Numbered from the stretch's first letter, positions 1-10,419 are shown. The stretch: DNA of 39,199 bases from Candidatus Heimdallarchaeota archaeon (GCA_016840095.1 JAEOSZ010000007.1:1-39199); one strand, 5' to 3'. The notes: generated from the letters alone by a model not told the origin. A program made the numbers and translations.

Positions 1-2
1 AT

Positions 3-311
3 ATCAGAATAGTTGATACAGGTTCTGAAAATATAGAAGAAGATGTACCTGTAACTTTCAGTGATGGAAATTACTTGAGTTATCCAACTATAAATGGAGA
101 AGGATGGTATGCTGTTGAAGTAGAATACAATGGAAACATCCAAATCAATGTTCCTTCAACATGTGATGGGTATATTTTTAATAGAATGGAAATTAGATTC
201 TGGATTCCAGACACACTACAAACTAATCCGATTAAACATTATCTTTCAGCATTAACTTATACACTTCAGACTAATGTTTTCTATTATCAATTCAAGCAAT
301 TCTATTTCTAG
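3..311 (+). CDS. 3' part of a hypothetical protein, truncated by the window edge
   Basis: Frame +3 is open from position 3 (IRIVDTGSENIEEDVPVTFSDGNYLSYPT...) to TAG at 309-311 and is followed by a long T-tract. Confidence 0.6.
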   Translation: MRIVDTGSENIEEDVPVTFSDGNYLSYPTINGEGWYAVEVEYNGNIQINVPSTCDGYIFNRMEIRFWIPDTLQTNPIKHYLSALTYTLQTNVFYYQFKQFYF

Positions 312-318
312 AAGCTCC

Positions 319-344
319 TTTTCTTTTTTTCTTTTCTTTTTTTT
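319..344 (+). terminator. U-rich (archaeal-type) terminator candidate
   Basis: TTTTCTTTTTTTCTTTTCTTTTTTTT begins 8 nt after the stop codon at 311. Confidence 0.5.
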
Positions 345-473
345 CAAAGCCATTATTCTATTACTGTTAATACTACTCATCTTACAAAAAATACTTGATA
401 GAGGATAATTTAAGCATTTTTTTTGTTGGATAAATATTATATATAGTAGTGAGAGAAAAATATTGGTGATTAA

Positions 474-722
474 TTGAGTCAAGAAAAGATTGGTTCAGTT
501 TTCAAGTTTTTCGCAAAGCCTAGTGTAGCTGCAATAGAAGTCTATAAAGAATTAAATATTGGAGATGAATTGCACTTTAAAGGTGCAACTACAGACTTTA
601 CTATGAAAGTTATCTCTATGCAAATAGAAGGAAAAGATGTGGAAACAGTTAAGAAAGGTCAACAAGTAGGCATTAAAACTCCAGATAGGGTGCGTCCTGG
701 AGACGAAGTATTTAGAGTATAA
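474..722 (+). CDS. Small translation-elongation-factor-like beta-barrel protein (EF-Tu domain II / U32 C-terminal-like)
   Basis: Motifs IGxVxxFFxKxSVAAI, GDxLHFKGATTDF and VxSMQIE...GQxVGIK..DRVRPGDxVF. TTG start with GGTGAT upstream. Confidence 0.8.
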   Translation: MSQEKIGSVFKFFAKPSVAAIEVYKELNIGDELHFKGATTDFTMKVISMQIEGKDVETVKKGQQVGIKTPDRVRPGDEVFRV

Positions 723-827
723 TTGATCTAGAAACTTGTAAATTTTTTTATTCAACTATAGAGCAACTGAAATTAAAAATAAAAAAAAGGAAAACTATTG
801 AAGTTTCCGCATATCTGTTTGGATTTA

Positions 828-1496
828 TTATTTTGGTGGTCCTTGAGCTTTCATTCGTTCTAGAGTCTTCTTGTTTGGACCAAGTTGCCATTTAAGAAAC
901 ACAAGAAGGAAGACAATGATTATTATTGCTAAAATCCATGCTTTCCAATAGGCATCTATGAATTCATGCCAATTCCAAGCTGCTGCCCAAGCAACAGAAG
1001 CAGGTAATTTTAGAAGAACTAGATTGTTGAAGAATGGTACAAAACCTGATAATGGAATCACAATCATTGTGTCAACTAAAATACCCCAAATCCAGAATTT
1101 CCATGATTTCTTTGAGAACATAAGTTCTCTTGGACTCGATGCTCTGAAATCTGCTCTAAAGTCATATTGAACCATACTCATTGTTAATGGTCCAATTATG
1201 AATACAAAGAAGAACCATGCAATTATGAACGAGACAAACAAACCCCATCCTAAGTATGAGAAATATAATCCAACTGCGTTAGGAGCAGCCCAAATTCCTC
1301 TAACAGCGAAAACAATTGCTGTAACAATTGCAGTCATGAATAAGGCAAACCAAAATACTAACCATTCAGCAAAATAGGTAGTTGCCATAAACTTACCTTT
1401 TGCACCGTTTGCAAAGATAAAACCACGTCCCTTGGTTTGAAAATGCAAATAATCCCAAGGCCACTTAAATCCTTTTTTTTCAGTCATTTGAATCAC
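828..1496 (-). CDS. Hypothetical integral membrane protein (about 4 TM)
   Basis: 222-aa ORF with several W/F-rich hydrophobic helices. A TATATAAAG element lies about 25 nt upstream on the minus strand. Confidence 0.7.
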   Translation of the reverse strand: MIQMTEKKGFKWPWDYLHFQTKGRGFIFANGAKGKFMATTYFAEWLVFWFALFMTAIVTAIVFAVRGIWAAPNAVGLYFSYLGWGLFVSFIIAWFFFVFIIGPLTMSMVQYDFRADFRASSPRELMFSKKSWKFWIWGILVDTMIVIPLSGFVPFFNNLVLLKLPASVAWAAAWNWHEFIDAYWKAWILAIIIIVFLLVFLKWQLGPNKKTLERMKAQGPPK

Positions 1497-1745
1497 TTTA
1501 GTTTTATCGTCAGTAATTCTTTATATAGGGAAGAAAAAGCCTAACAATTGTTTTTCTCCTCTGAATTTTGAAGTGAATTAGTATCACAAAGACGACTAAA
1601 GATTTGGGTCTTGGAGCATTTATATAAATCTTTGTTCTTTTTGATTATCATTTCACATATGAGTATTTACGTAAATTTCGAATAAACATTTTAGTTTCAT
1701 AAAGATTCCAATAGAATTAAAAATGCAAGTACATATTAATTTTTC

Positions 1746-3983
1746 ATGAGTAAGAAAAGGTTAATCAGTTTAATACTTATGATATCTCTTTTCATCCAGG
1801 TTTCAATGATAAGTTATTACAAGGTGGATGCTTTAGATGTAAAAGCTACTGACATTGAAACCGAACTGAACAATGGAATCCCAGTCAAAGAATGGACATT
1901 TATGGTCTACTTAGATGGAGATAACAACCTTGAAGCAAATGCCATTGATGATATCAATGAGATGGAAGCTGCAGGAGGATCTACAGCTGATGTCAACATT
2001 ATAGTTTTAGTTGACTTATGCGGTCATGAGACCAGCGCAAACTCAGAATATGGCATAACTTGGGATGATGCAAGATATTATTACATTGAAGCTGGTTCTG
2101 ATCCTGATGTAATTGAATCTACTCTTATCAGTGTAGAAGGAGAAATCAATATGGGGAGAGGGGATACACTCACTAGTTTCATTGATTTTGTCACAACTAA
2201 CTATCCTGCAAAAAGATATGGTCTTAGTTTATGGGATCATGGGGGAGGTTTTGAAGGAATTTGTTGGGATGATGATAATAATGGAGATAGTATTGGAATA
2301 AACGAGCTTCAAGAAGCACTAGTAGGATATCATTTTGATTTTCTAGGAATGGATGCGTGTATAATGGGACAATATGAAATCGTTTACGAAGTCAGTCCTT
2401 ATGCTGACTATGTTGGTGTCTCTCTGTTAAATGAACCAGGAGACGGTTGGGATTATGAAAACTTCTTACCTTTTCTTTTAGCTGATCCCTATATGACTGG
2501 AGATATTTTAGGAGAACACATCTGTACAACTTATGTGGACCAATATAGTTCAGATGTCACATTTGGTATTTGGAATACTACAGACATGACGACTGTTCAG
2601 ACAGAAATAGATGATTTAGCTACTATTCTAATGGATAATTTAGATACTTATGGATCTGAAATTGCTCTAGCTAGAGAGCTTGCTCCCTCAGATGATTATC
2701 CTAGCTATGGATCAGACATACATGAATTTGTTATAAATCTACAAAGTAGTACCTCAGTAGATATTGTTAATCAAGCTGCTGATGTTCAAGCTGCTCTTGA
2801 AGACATCAATATTTTGAGCTACTCATCTTTTACAGTTCATCCTTTTGGACTCTTGATTTATTTTCCTACAATTCCAAATGAAGATTATAATCAGTTTTAT
2901 GCTAATAGTGATCAACAATATGTCAATTATCAATCTAATCCATATTATGGGTTTGATTTCGTAATGAATAGCAGTTGGGAGGATTTCATCTATGCTTGGC
3001 GAGAGACCCTTCCAGACATTCTTTCTAAGATAGCTGATGGAGAAGAACTTGAGATTACTACTGGGGACAATCAATATTTTGCTGTTGACCTTGTAGCTGG
3101 TGATAGATTATATGCTGAGCTTCATTCCAATTCACAGGAAAAGATCAATCTTGAAGTATATGATCCCCTAGGAAGGATAGCTGATAGTGATTATACTATA
3201 TTCAATCCAAAAATCGCAGAGTATACCACTTCAGAAAATTGCTCAGTCTTCATAGGAGTTTTAAATGAGTTTGGCAGTCCTTGCGATTACAACTTATCAG
3301 TTATGATTGACAGCAGACCCTATATAGCAGACATTGGCATAAGTCCAGAAGAGCCTATTTTCGGTGAGGATGTGGAAATTCTGTGTGAGATTATAGATGG
3401 ACATGGGTTAGATGAAGTCATCTTATCGTATAGTACAGATGGTAGCTGGACTGATGTGGCAATGACTGAGGTTTCAGAGGGATGGTATTCTTACACAATA
3501 CTAATTGATGAATCAACTCAACAGATTCAATATCGAATAGAAGCTACTGATAATTTGGATAATACTATGATTTCTTCAACAAAAGTCACTTATTTCCATG
3601 AAGGAAATGCACCAGAGCTAAAGAGTGTAAAATTCGATCCTAAGAAACCAAAAAGTGGAGAAGAAGTAACACTAACTGTTGTAGTAACAGACTCATCTGG
3701 TATAGATAAAGTCATTCTCTCCTATGATTTTGGGGAAGGAAAAAACAATATTACAATTAACACCAACAATCTTGATGAGTATGTATTCACTCTAAACCTA
3801 CCAGAAAATGGAACTGCCGTTACATATCAATTATATGTCTTCGACACATGGGGAAACTGCTTAGTTACTGGAGAGGTTATAAAAGAACTAGATGTAGGAC
3901 CACTACCAATCTCACCTCTAATGTCGATCCTAGCTATAGGAATTTTGGCTTTAGCTTATCTAAGAATGAGTAGAAGAAAGTGA
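1746..3983 (+). CDS. Secreted clostripain-family (C11) cysteine peptidase with C-terminal Ig-like domains and TM anchor
   Basis: Signal peptide; KEWTFMVYLDGDNNLE; catalytic WDHGGG and GMDACIMG; two beta-rich repeats (DGHGLDEVILSY / DSSGIDKVILSY); C-terminal TM + RMSRRK. Confidence 0.9.
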   Translation: MSKKRLISLILMISLFIQVSMISYYKVDALDVKATDIETELNNGIPVKEWTFMVYLDGDNNLEANAIDDINEMEAAGGSTADVNIIVLVDLCGHETSANSEYGITWDDARYYYIEAGSDPDVIESTLISVEGEINMGRGDTLTSFIDFVTTNYPAKRYGLSLWDHGGGFEGICWDDDNNGDSIGINELQEALVGYHFDFLGMDACIMGQYEIVYEVSPYADYVGVSLLNEPGDGWDYENFLPFLLADPYMTGDILGEHICTTYVDQYSSDVTFGIWNTTDMTTVQTEIDDLATILMDNLDTYGSEIALARELAPSDDYPSYGSDIHEFVINLQSSTSVDIVNQAADVQAALEDINILSYSSFTVHPFGLLIYFPTIPNEDYNQFYANSDQQYVNYQSNPYYGFDFVMNSSWEDFIYAWRETLPDILSKIADGEELEITTGDNQYFAVDLVAGDRLYAELHSNSQEKINLEVYDPLGRIADSDYTIFNPKIAEYTTSENCSVFIGVLNEFGSPCDYNLSVMIDSRPYIADIGISPEEPIFGEDVEILCEIIDGHGLDEVILSYSTDGSWTDVAMTEVSEGWYSYTILIDESTQQIQYRIEATDNLDNTMISSTKVTYFHEGNAPELKSVKFDPKKPKSGEEVTLTVVVTDSSGIDKVILSYDFGEGKNNITINTNNLDEYVFTLNLPENGTAVTYQLYVFDTWGNCLVTGEVIKELDVGPLPISPLMSILAIGILALAYLRMSRRK

Positions 3984-4007
3984 AAATTCAGCAACATTGA
4001 CGATAAA

Positions 4008-4544
4008 TTAAATTGAACTAGAAATCTCGAGAATCTTGTTGATAGTTCTCAAATTTCTAGTTGTTGCTTTCATTCCAAGTTTTTTCTCGAAAAAATTATT
4101 GGTTAATTTAGTTCTACCTGAACCGTGAGGTAAGTAGAGATAAATCTCCTTATCCCTAATTTCAAACTCCTCTTGTCCAGTTATAGATTTTTCTAACTCA
4201 TCTATTGAATAAGAATACTGCTCATTAGATAAAAACGCAACATGCACCTTGGTCAAATCCTTATCTGAATAGGGATTGTTCTTTATTATCTGATCAAATT
4301 CTTCTGGTGTTCTAACTATAACAATAACATCAAAGCCATATTCTTGATTTATTTTATTTCTAATTTGTGTAATCATTTGGGTTGTATCCAAAAGATTAGT
4401 TCTAAATATTACATTTCCACTTTGAATGTATGTATGTATTTCTTCGAAACCTAGTGATTCATATAGACTCCTTAATTCTTCCATCTTGATTTTATTCTTT
4501 CCACTAACATTTATTCCACGAAGTAGTGTAATAAGTACAGTCAT
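4008..4544 (-). CDS. DUF1697 family protein
   Basis: LLRGINVSGKNKIKM, TYIQSGNVIF and ATTRN motifs. Start moved to ATG 4544 (the ORF track extends to 4589). Confidence 0.9.
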   Translation of the reverse strand: MTVLITLLRGINVSGKNKIKMEELRSLYESLGFEEIHTYIQSGNVIFRTNLLDTTQMITQIRNKINQEYGFDVIVIVRTPEEFDQIIKNNPYSDKDLTKVHVAFLSNEQYSYSIDELEKSITGQEEFEIRDKEIYLYLPHGSGRTKLTNNFFEKKLGMKATTRNLRTINKILEISSSI

Positions 4545-4668
4545 GACTGTAACTCTCCATGATGAGAGATAAATCTTTTTAAAAACCAACTTTCGGCGTT
4601 TAATATTAACACGTCTTACGACATGTGAAAATTAATACGGTATTATGATAATTTTTATCTGAGGACAA

Positions 4669-4848
4669 ATGAAGAACATTCAAAAATTAGGTTTAATTGT
4701 TGAGAGAGTTTCTGACATCCTTCCTGATATGTCTCAATCAAATAGAAAGAGAAGAAAATCTGGAAGGAACAATCTAAAGAAGAATAAGAACCATAAAAGA
4801 ATTCAAAGAAAAGCAATATATAATTCAATGTTTTACGGTTATTACTAA
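4669..4848 (+). CDS. 59-aa small basic protein (not in ORF track), paralog of 10243-10419
   Basis: MKNIQKLGLIVERVSDILPDMSQSNRKRRKSGRNNLKKNKNHKRIQRKAIYNSMFYGYY*. GAGGA at 4661-4665. Shares the C-terminal NSMFYGY with the second copy. Confidence 0.7.
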   Translation: MKNIQKLGLIVERVSDILPDMSQSNRKRRKSGRNNLKKNKNHKRIQRKAIYNSMFYGYY

Positions 4849-4863
4849 ACTACTCTCAATAGA

Positions 4864-5526
4864 TTATTGAAATCCATAGTCACTGAACAGACTATCTTTT
4901 ACATAATAGTTAATAATCTTTTGTTCTGCTCTTCGTATTCTCTCCTGGCAAGCTACTCTCTTTATACCTAGTTCTTCTCCTACTTCTTCTAGGGTGATTC
5001 TTCTAGGTATCTCATAATATCCATTTCTATGAGCAAGCATAATTGTTTCATATTGCTTATCTGTTAAGAAATCTTGCAAAGTTTCTGTAGGTTTAGAGGA
5101 TAAAGCTCTAATGTTAACATCAGTAAATCTTTCTTGTAAATATCCTAGCAATTTTCTAAAACTATCCGCACTTGGAGATAAAATATTATGATATTGAATT
5201 CCATTTTCTATAATAATAGGTAATATAGTCATACTCCCACTTTCCAGAATAGAATCATGTATAGATGGATAATCTAGCTTATGTTTAACTTTGTTCCAGT
5301 ACATTGTCGGTGTTTTGTGAGTGACATTAAACTCAATAATTTGATCAGATTTTTTCATTAATTTAACAAACTCTTCAAGAGTTTCTTTTTTCCTGTCTAA
5401 TGCTTCAACAATACCCAATCCTTCAGGTCCATTTAAAGCTAAAACTGAGATTTTAATGGGTATCTTCTTCGAAACCTCACAGGAATAATAATGTTCAGTG
5501 CTTATCGCAATCTTACTTCTTATCAC
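4864..5526 (-). CDS. Archaeal bacterio-opsin activator (HTH_10)-type transcriptional regulator
   Basis: C-terminal LTDKQYETIMLAHRNGYYEIPRRITLEEVGEELGI...ERIRRAEQKI. Confidence 0.88.
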   Translation of the reverse strand: MIRSKIAISTEHYYSCEVSKKIPIKISVLALNGPEGLGIVEALDRKKETLEEFVKLMKKSDQIIEFNVTHKTPTMYWNKVKHKLDYPSIHDSILESGSMTILPIIIENGIQYHNILSPSADSFRKLLGYLQERFTDVNIRALSSKPTETLQDFLTDKQYETIMLAHRNGYYEIPRRITLEEVGEELGIKRVACQERIRRAEQKIINYYVKDSLFSDYGFQ

Positions 5527-5578
5527 ATGTACAAATAATTGTAATCTTTTAAAAATAAATTGGAGGATAGAAATAGCC

Positions 5579-6679
5579 CTAAAACATATAGAAACTATTA
5601 ACTTTCTTCCTCTTCATAAATAACCTATGTACTACTACACATAAAGAAAATCCAATTATACTAATGAAAAGATCAATTCCATAAGTTTCACTAGTATTTG
5701 GATTAGCTGGAAATATAATATCAATCTGTTCTGTTTTTACTAGAACATTACCTCCATGTACTCCAGTAACTCCCATAAAGCTACTTTTTTGTTCAAAAGA
5801 TTCAGTATCCGAAAGCTCTTCTGTTAAATTATATTTAGTAGTAACTGAGAAATCTTCATCTGTAATGAAGTAAAACTCAAGATTCACAGGATCACATATA
5901 TTACTATATTTGGTAGCATAAGTTCCCTCTTGATGAACTGCTTCTAAAACGCTAGCACATGCAGAAACATTAAGATCTTCTTCAGCTGAAATGTCATCCA
6001 ACATCTGTGTAGCTGTATTATACCTTGAACAAGGATAAAGACCATGACTTGTATCATTTAGATTGAAGTTTGTTGAAACAAGACATGAAGAATCTTTTCT
6101 TGTGAATACCCATTGACCAGTTGAATTTACTCCTACTACTACCGCATCACCTGTAGCATCAGCATAATGGAATTGTCCCCCAAGTTGACCCTCCCATTTA
6201 TGATTTTGAAACCAAGCAATAACATCTTCAACATCTTTACAATCCCATAAAACTTGAGCTAAAGCATGGGAAGTATATGGATACGAAGCAAGAGGATCAA
6301 GATTCAACTGAATGTCTGGGAGACCATTTGCATCATAACAAAGTCCAAATTCATTCATTCCACCTTGTTCCCAAGTATCAACATCAGGAAAATCATTATT
6401 GTCAAATCCAAAGAAAACTGCACCAAAGATTTCTTTATCTCCAAAATAATTTGTTGAAACATTCTGTGCAGGAACGTACCATCTGTAAGCATTGTTTAGT
6501 TTATAATCCTCATTATTTCCAAAAAGAACCGTATCCCCCAATGAGACTGTAAAGATTGTACATGAAGACGATGTATGAGTTTCAGCACAATCCACATCCA
6601 TACCTATTGACATTAAAGGTTGGATCATTAGGAGAGTAATAGTCAAGGTAAATATGATTTTGGTAAGTCTGTTTAACAT
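5579..6679 (-). CDS. Secreted Ntn-hydrolase (C45/C59 choloylglycine-hydrolase-like) with C-terminal TM anchor
   Basis: Signal peptide, then the nucleophile motif SCTIF...LFGNNED; GGMNEFGL; ADATGDAVVV; STNF; RY; C-terminal TM + KRKK. Likely start is ATG 6679. Confidence 0.8.
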   Translation of the reverse strand: MLNRLTKIIFTLTITLLMIQPLMSIGMDVDCAETHTSSSCTIFTVSLGDTVLFGNNEDYKLNNAYRWYVPAQNVSTNYFGDKEIFGAVFFGFDNNDFPDVDTWEQGGMNEFGLCYDANGLPDIQLNLDPLASYPYTSHALAQVLWDCKDVEDVIAWFQNHKWEGQLGGQFHYADATGDAVVVGVNSTGQWVFTRKDSSCLVSTNFNLNDTSHGLYPCSRYNTATQMLDDISAEEDLNVSACASVLEAVHQEGTYATKYSNICDPVNLEFYFITDEDFSVTTKYNLTEELSDTESFEQKSSFMGVTGVHGGNVLVKTEQIDIIFPANPNTSETYGIDLFISIIGFSLCVVVHRLFMKRKKVNSFYMF

Positions 6680-6778
6680 TCTACAGGTAATAAACCATTC
6701 ACATTTAAAAATTATTGCGTACAAATTGTGAGTATAGTTTGTTAATGTATAAAGATGAATTCTAATATTCTAGTTCTT

Positions 6779-7873
6779 CTATTTTTCATTACATTCTTTT
6801 ATAACATCATTTATCAATATGTTTTGATATTTTTCTTTTTCTTCTAACATTGGAAAATGTGCTGAGTTTTCAAAAATGATAAGATTCTTTCCTTTTTCAG
6901 CTTTCAATTTCTTATAGTATTTTTCAACTTGAACTGTTGGAGTAATCATATCATATCTACCTTCAAAGAAATATATTGGAACTTTTATTGAATCTATCTC
7001 TTTAGTAAAATTGACATCTGTTATTTCCTTCCACAAGGCTTCTGTAGTGAAATTTCGTCCTTTTCCTAAGATTGTTCTAATTCCTTCTGATAATGAATAT
7101 TCAGGTGATGTTAAATACGGCAGTATCAGACTTATCATTTTTTTTGCTGAGAAATCAGCTATCATTCCACCATATCTTACAATATACTTAGCTTTTTCGA
7201 ATAATTTTTTAGGTGTTTCATAAGGTGGAGGTCCAATTGCTTTTATCGCAATTTGATGTTTTTCATTATCAGATTTTTCAGCTTCTTCTATAACAAAATC
7301 ATAATTTATTTTCTCATGCTCATAGTCGTTGATAATTTGCGCTACTCCAACATAAGCATGGATTTTTTCTGGATATTTATGTGCAGTTTTTATTCCAAAC
7401 AACGTTCCAGAGGAATGCGCAACAATGAAGACTTTATCTTTGTCAAATCTAGTCAACAAATGATCAATTAATTCATTGCAATCTTCAACTATTCTATCTA
7501 TACTCATAGAATCAGCAGATATTTTTCTACTAAATGATTTACCTGATCCTCTTTGATCCCAATGAACTACTGTGAAATAACTAATCAATTCAGCGTCTAA
7601 CTTTCGAGAACTTGCCATGGCACAAACAGGTTCACCTGGGCCACCATATATGAAGAGTAAAATTGGATTAGTTCTATCTTTTCCTCTAATAAAAATCCAT
7701 TGCTTTTCACCACCCAGTGTAATCTTTTCTAGTGAGCTAATACCGTTAGCTGTGCTGATTCTAGTAGAGTATTTCAAGATGTTTTTGTAGAGGATAAGAC
7801 TAACAATGATAAGTAGAAAAAATCCTATGAGAACAGAGATAACCCACGTTATAACTTTTAAAGCAAGTATCAT
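6779..7873 (-). CDS. Alpha/beta hydrolase (proline iminopeptidase/S33-like), N-terminal TM
   Basis: YGGPG, WDQRGSGKS, nucleophile AHSSG, GRYDMITP and FENSAHFP. Confidence 0.88.
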   Translation of the reverse strand: MILALKVITWVISVLIGFFLLIIVSLILYKNILKYSTRISTANGISSLEKITLGGEKQWIFIRGKDRTNPILLFIYGGPGEPVCAMASSRKLDAELISYFTVVHWDQRGSGKSFSRKISADSMSIDRIVEDCNELIDHLLTRFDKDKVFIVAHSSGTLFGIKTAHKYPEKIHAYVGVAQIINDYEHEKINYDFVIEEAEKSDNEKHQIAIKAIGPPPYETPKKLFEKAKYIVRYGGMIADFSAKKMISLILPYLTSPEYSLSEGIRTILGKGRNFTTEALWKEITDVNFTKEIDSIKVPIYFFEGRYDMITPTVQVEKYYKKLKAEKGKNLIIFENSAHFPMLEEKEKYQNILINDVIKECNEK

Positions 7874-7882
7874 CTCATTTTC

Positions 7883-9178
7883 TTACTCCTTTAGATTTTC
7901 TGCTAATAATGATCTGAATCTAAATTGAGCATTTTCAGCTATTCTTTTCATTTTCTGCGCGTTATGTCTAGATTCAAGGTAGTGAAAATGAAAACTCATC
8001 TTACCGCGCATTGTATAAACTAAAACTGTAATTGCACCTATTGCGAAAGAAACAGCTCCAGAAAATGAATCAATAGAAAATTTCTCAGAATCAAGCTTAA
8101 TTCCTAATCTATCTAAGGAACCTAAATTTGTAATCGCAAAAGCTTCCTGATTACCAGCTATTTCAATGAACATAGGACCAAACTCGTTGAGAATATTGAG
8201 AGGTACTCCAGTATGAACCATTTTATGTATTTTGTAGACTTTTTTGTCTCGGAGTTTCAAGTACAAACTACTCTGATATCTTTTCGCATTTTTCCAGAAA
8301 TCCTTTCTTTCTTTATACTTCTTTCTTACTACAGTACCTCCTGCATAAAGCCCAAATGATTCACCTATCGGATAAGCAAGCCTATCTCTAAGGTTTACTG
8401 GATTATTTATTGTAGAGATATGTGGGAGAAACAATGTACAAACTGCACTATGAACCGCTAAATTATTCTTCTTGCATAACTTAAGAAATAGATTTGTTTC
8501 TTCTTCACTCAACTCCCATTTGATTAGCTTTAGATCATCCTTTTTGTAATCATCAGCATGAATAACATCCGTTTTTCTTTTACCAAATTTTAGGAAATAG
8601 TAGATTCTCATTAAGAAGAACATCACTTTAGTTCGAAACATATTTTTGGGAATCCTTTTTCTGACTTCACTAGGAAATATGTCTTCTTGTTTAATAGGCG
8701 TGAGTAAAGGGGAGGGTTCAGAATCTGGATAATTTAAGAAATGTATAAGATCTCTTGTCAAAAAAACCATTGATAAACCATCAGTTATTGTATGTTGAGC
8801 ACAAAGGATTAAATCAGCCTGCTCTTTTGAATGTAGTAATGTTGTCCTGAATAAGGGCAATTGTTTCTTCTCATACTCGAAGGGAGTCTCTAGATTTTCA
8901 AGAAAGAGAGAATTTGTTCTTGAATCATTTTCATATTTTGTAATTGTTAGTGGAATCTTCTTGACTCCTTCAGATGTAAACCAATAAGCATCATTTTCAT
9001 CAGCTTCTATTCTTACTTTCAGTAAAGGATGTCGGTTTTGAGCTTTATTCAGAGCTTCCTTAAGTTCTTCTTCAGTAATCTTACCTTTGATTCTTAAAAC
9101 AATAACTAAATTGTAAGGTTGACTTATTGAAAAATTCAGATACTCTAAATCATTTAGTTTTCTTCTCATAAGAATCAT
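7883..9178 (-). CDS. Condensation-domain / CoA-dependent acyltransferase (alcohol acetyltransferase, PapA5-like)
   Basis: RHPLLKVRI, catalytic QHTITDG (HxxxDG), PVNLRDRL and ITNLG. Confidence 0.8.
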   Translation of the reverse strand: MILMRRKLNDLEYLNFSISQPYNLVIVLRIKGKITEEELKEALNKAQNRHPLLKVRIEADENDAYWFTSEGVKKIPLTITKYENDSRTNSLFLENLETPFEYEKKQLPLFRTTLLHSKEQADLILCAQHTITDGLSMVFLTRDLIHFLNYPDSEPSPLLTPIKQEDIFPSEVRKRIPKNMFRTKVMFFLMRIYYFLKFGKRKTDVIHADDYKKDDLKLIKWELSEEETNLFLKLCKKNNLAVHSAVCTLFLPHISTINNPVNLRDRLAYPIGESFGLYAGGTVVRKKYKERKDFWKNAKRYQSSLYLKLRDKKVYKIHKMVHTGVPLNILNEFGPMFIEIAGNQEAFAITNLGSLDRLGIKLDSEKFSIDSFSGAVSFAIGAITVLVYTMRGKMSFHFHYLESRHNAQKMKRIAENAQFRFRSLLAENLKE

Positions 9179-9265
9179 CTATTTTGCTTTGATTCTACTA
9201 CTTTTCAATTCCAGCTATGCATAATAGATGAGGAATCTATAAATATATTTGCTAAGTAAGTAAAG

Positions 9266-10138
9266 ATGATGTGTGGATACAAAAGAATGTTGAAACAAAG
9301 TAATAACAGAATCAACAAAATAAAATCCCAGGTATATAAATCAAAATTTGGTAATATTGAACACCTAATAGAGGGAGAAGGAACTCCAATTCTTATTCTT
9401 CATGGAGTATCTGGAGGTATTGATCAAGGTATCGGGTTATCAAATAGCTTCCTTAGCAGAAGATATAGGTTCGTATTTATTTCGAGATTCGGTTATTTGA
9501 AATCTGAAATACCAGAAAATCCAAGTGTCGAGAAACAAGCTGATGCATATAAGGAACTGTTAGATTATCTAAAAATTAATAATGCTATAATTTATGCAAA
9601 TTCAGCTGGAAGTACATCAGCTTTGCAATTAGCAATTAAGTACCCACAAGTTTGCAATGGATTAATACTTCAATCAGCAAATGCACCGCTAGGATATACT
9701 CCAGGAACTCCACCAAAGTTTATCTTCAAATCGAATTTTCTTTACTGGTTCTTTCTAAAGTTATTTGGGAAAATGATGTTCTCAATGTTTCTTCCTAAAT
9801 CAATCCACAAAGAGCTTTCAAAGGAGGAGAAGAATGAGCTTATGGAAGGAGTATTTTTCTCAGTATTGCCTGTTACAGAAAGAACTAGAGGTATCTTATT
9901 TGATACATTTGTTTCTAATCCCACAATAGAAGAGGATATTGCTTTTGAGAAAATAAAAACTCCTACACTAATACTCAATGCTATTGATGATCCAGCAACT
10001 AAAATTTCAGGAGCTAGGACATTAGCAGAGAAGATAAAGGATAGTAAACTTGTTGAATTTAAAACAGGTGGACATTTGTTACACAATCAAGATGAAAAGG
10101 TTAAGAAAGAGATAGATAAATTTATAGAAAATCTATAA
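9266..10138 (+). CDS. Alpha/beta hydrolase
   Basis: ILHGVSGG, SRFGY, nucleophile ANSAG, PTLILNAIDD and GGH. Confidence 0.85.
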   Translation: MMCGYKRMLKQSNNRINKIKSQVYKSKFGNIEHLIEGEGTPILILHGVSGGIDQGIGLSNSFLSRRYRFVFISRFGYLKSEIPENPSVEKQADAYKELLDYLKINNAIIYANSAGSTSALQLAIKYPQVCNGLILQSANAPLGYTPGTPPKFIFKSNFLYWFFLKLFGKMMFSMFLPKSIHKELSKEEKNELMEGVFFSVLPVTERTRGILFDTFVSNPTIEEDIAFEKIKTPTLILNAIDDPATKISGARTLAEKIKDSKLVEFKTGGHLLHNQDEKVKKEIDKFIENL

Positions 10139-10184
10139 AGAAATTCAAAGTTTTTCAAGTCATTCTCACTTTCTTTTAAATACC

Positions 10185-10196
10185 CGACATATGTCG
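10185..10196. promoter_or_regulatory. Perfect 12-bp palindrome, candidate operator
   Basis: CGACATATGTCG, just upstream of the TAATACG element that is shared with the paralog's upstream region. Confidence 0.35.
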
Positions 10197-10242
10197 CATA
10201 AAGACTAATACGCTTGATGATTATTGTATACCTGTGATAAAT

Positions 10243-10419
10243 ATGGCAACACAAAACAAAAAGAAGATTCTGGGTTTAGGTTTTCGCTTCTATGAACCTA
10301 AATCAAAACAAAACAGGAATCGTAACAAACTACATAGAAGAAATAGTCATATAGCACATAAGAATTACAGTAAATCTCGAGTAAGAGCGACTTTTAATTC
10401 AATGTTTTATGGCTACTAA
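10243..10419 (+). CDS. 58-aa small basic protein, paralog of 4669-4848
   Basis: MATQNKKKILGLGFRF...RATFNSMFYGY*. GTGAT SD-like element precedes ATG 10243 (alternative GTG start at 10234). Confidence 0.7.
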   Translation: MATQNKKKILGLGFRFYEPKSKQNRNRNKLHRRNSHIAHKNYSKSRVRATFNSMFYGY

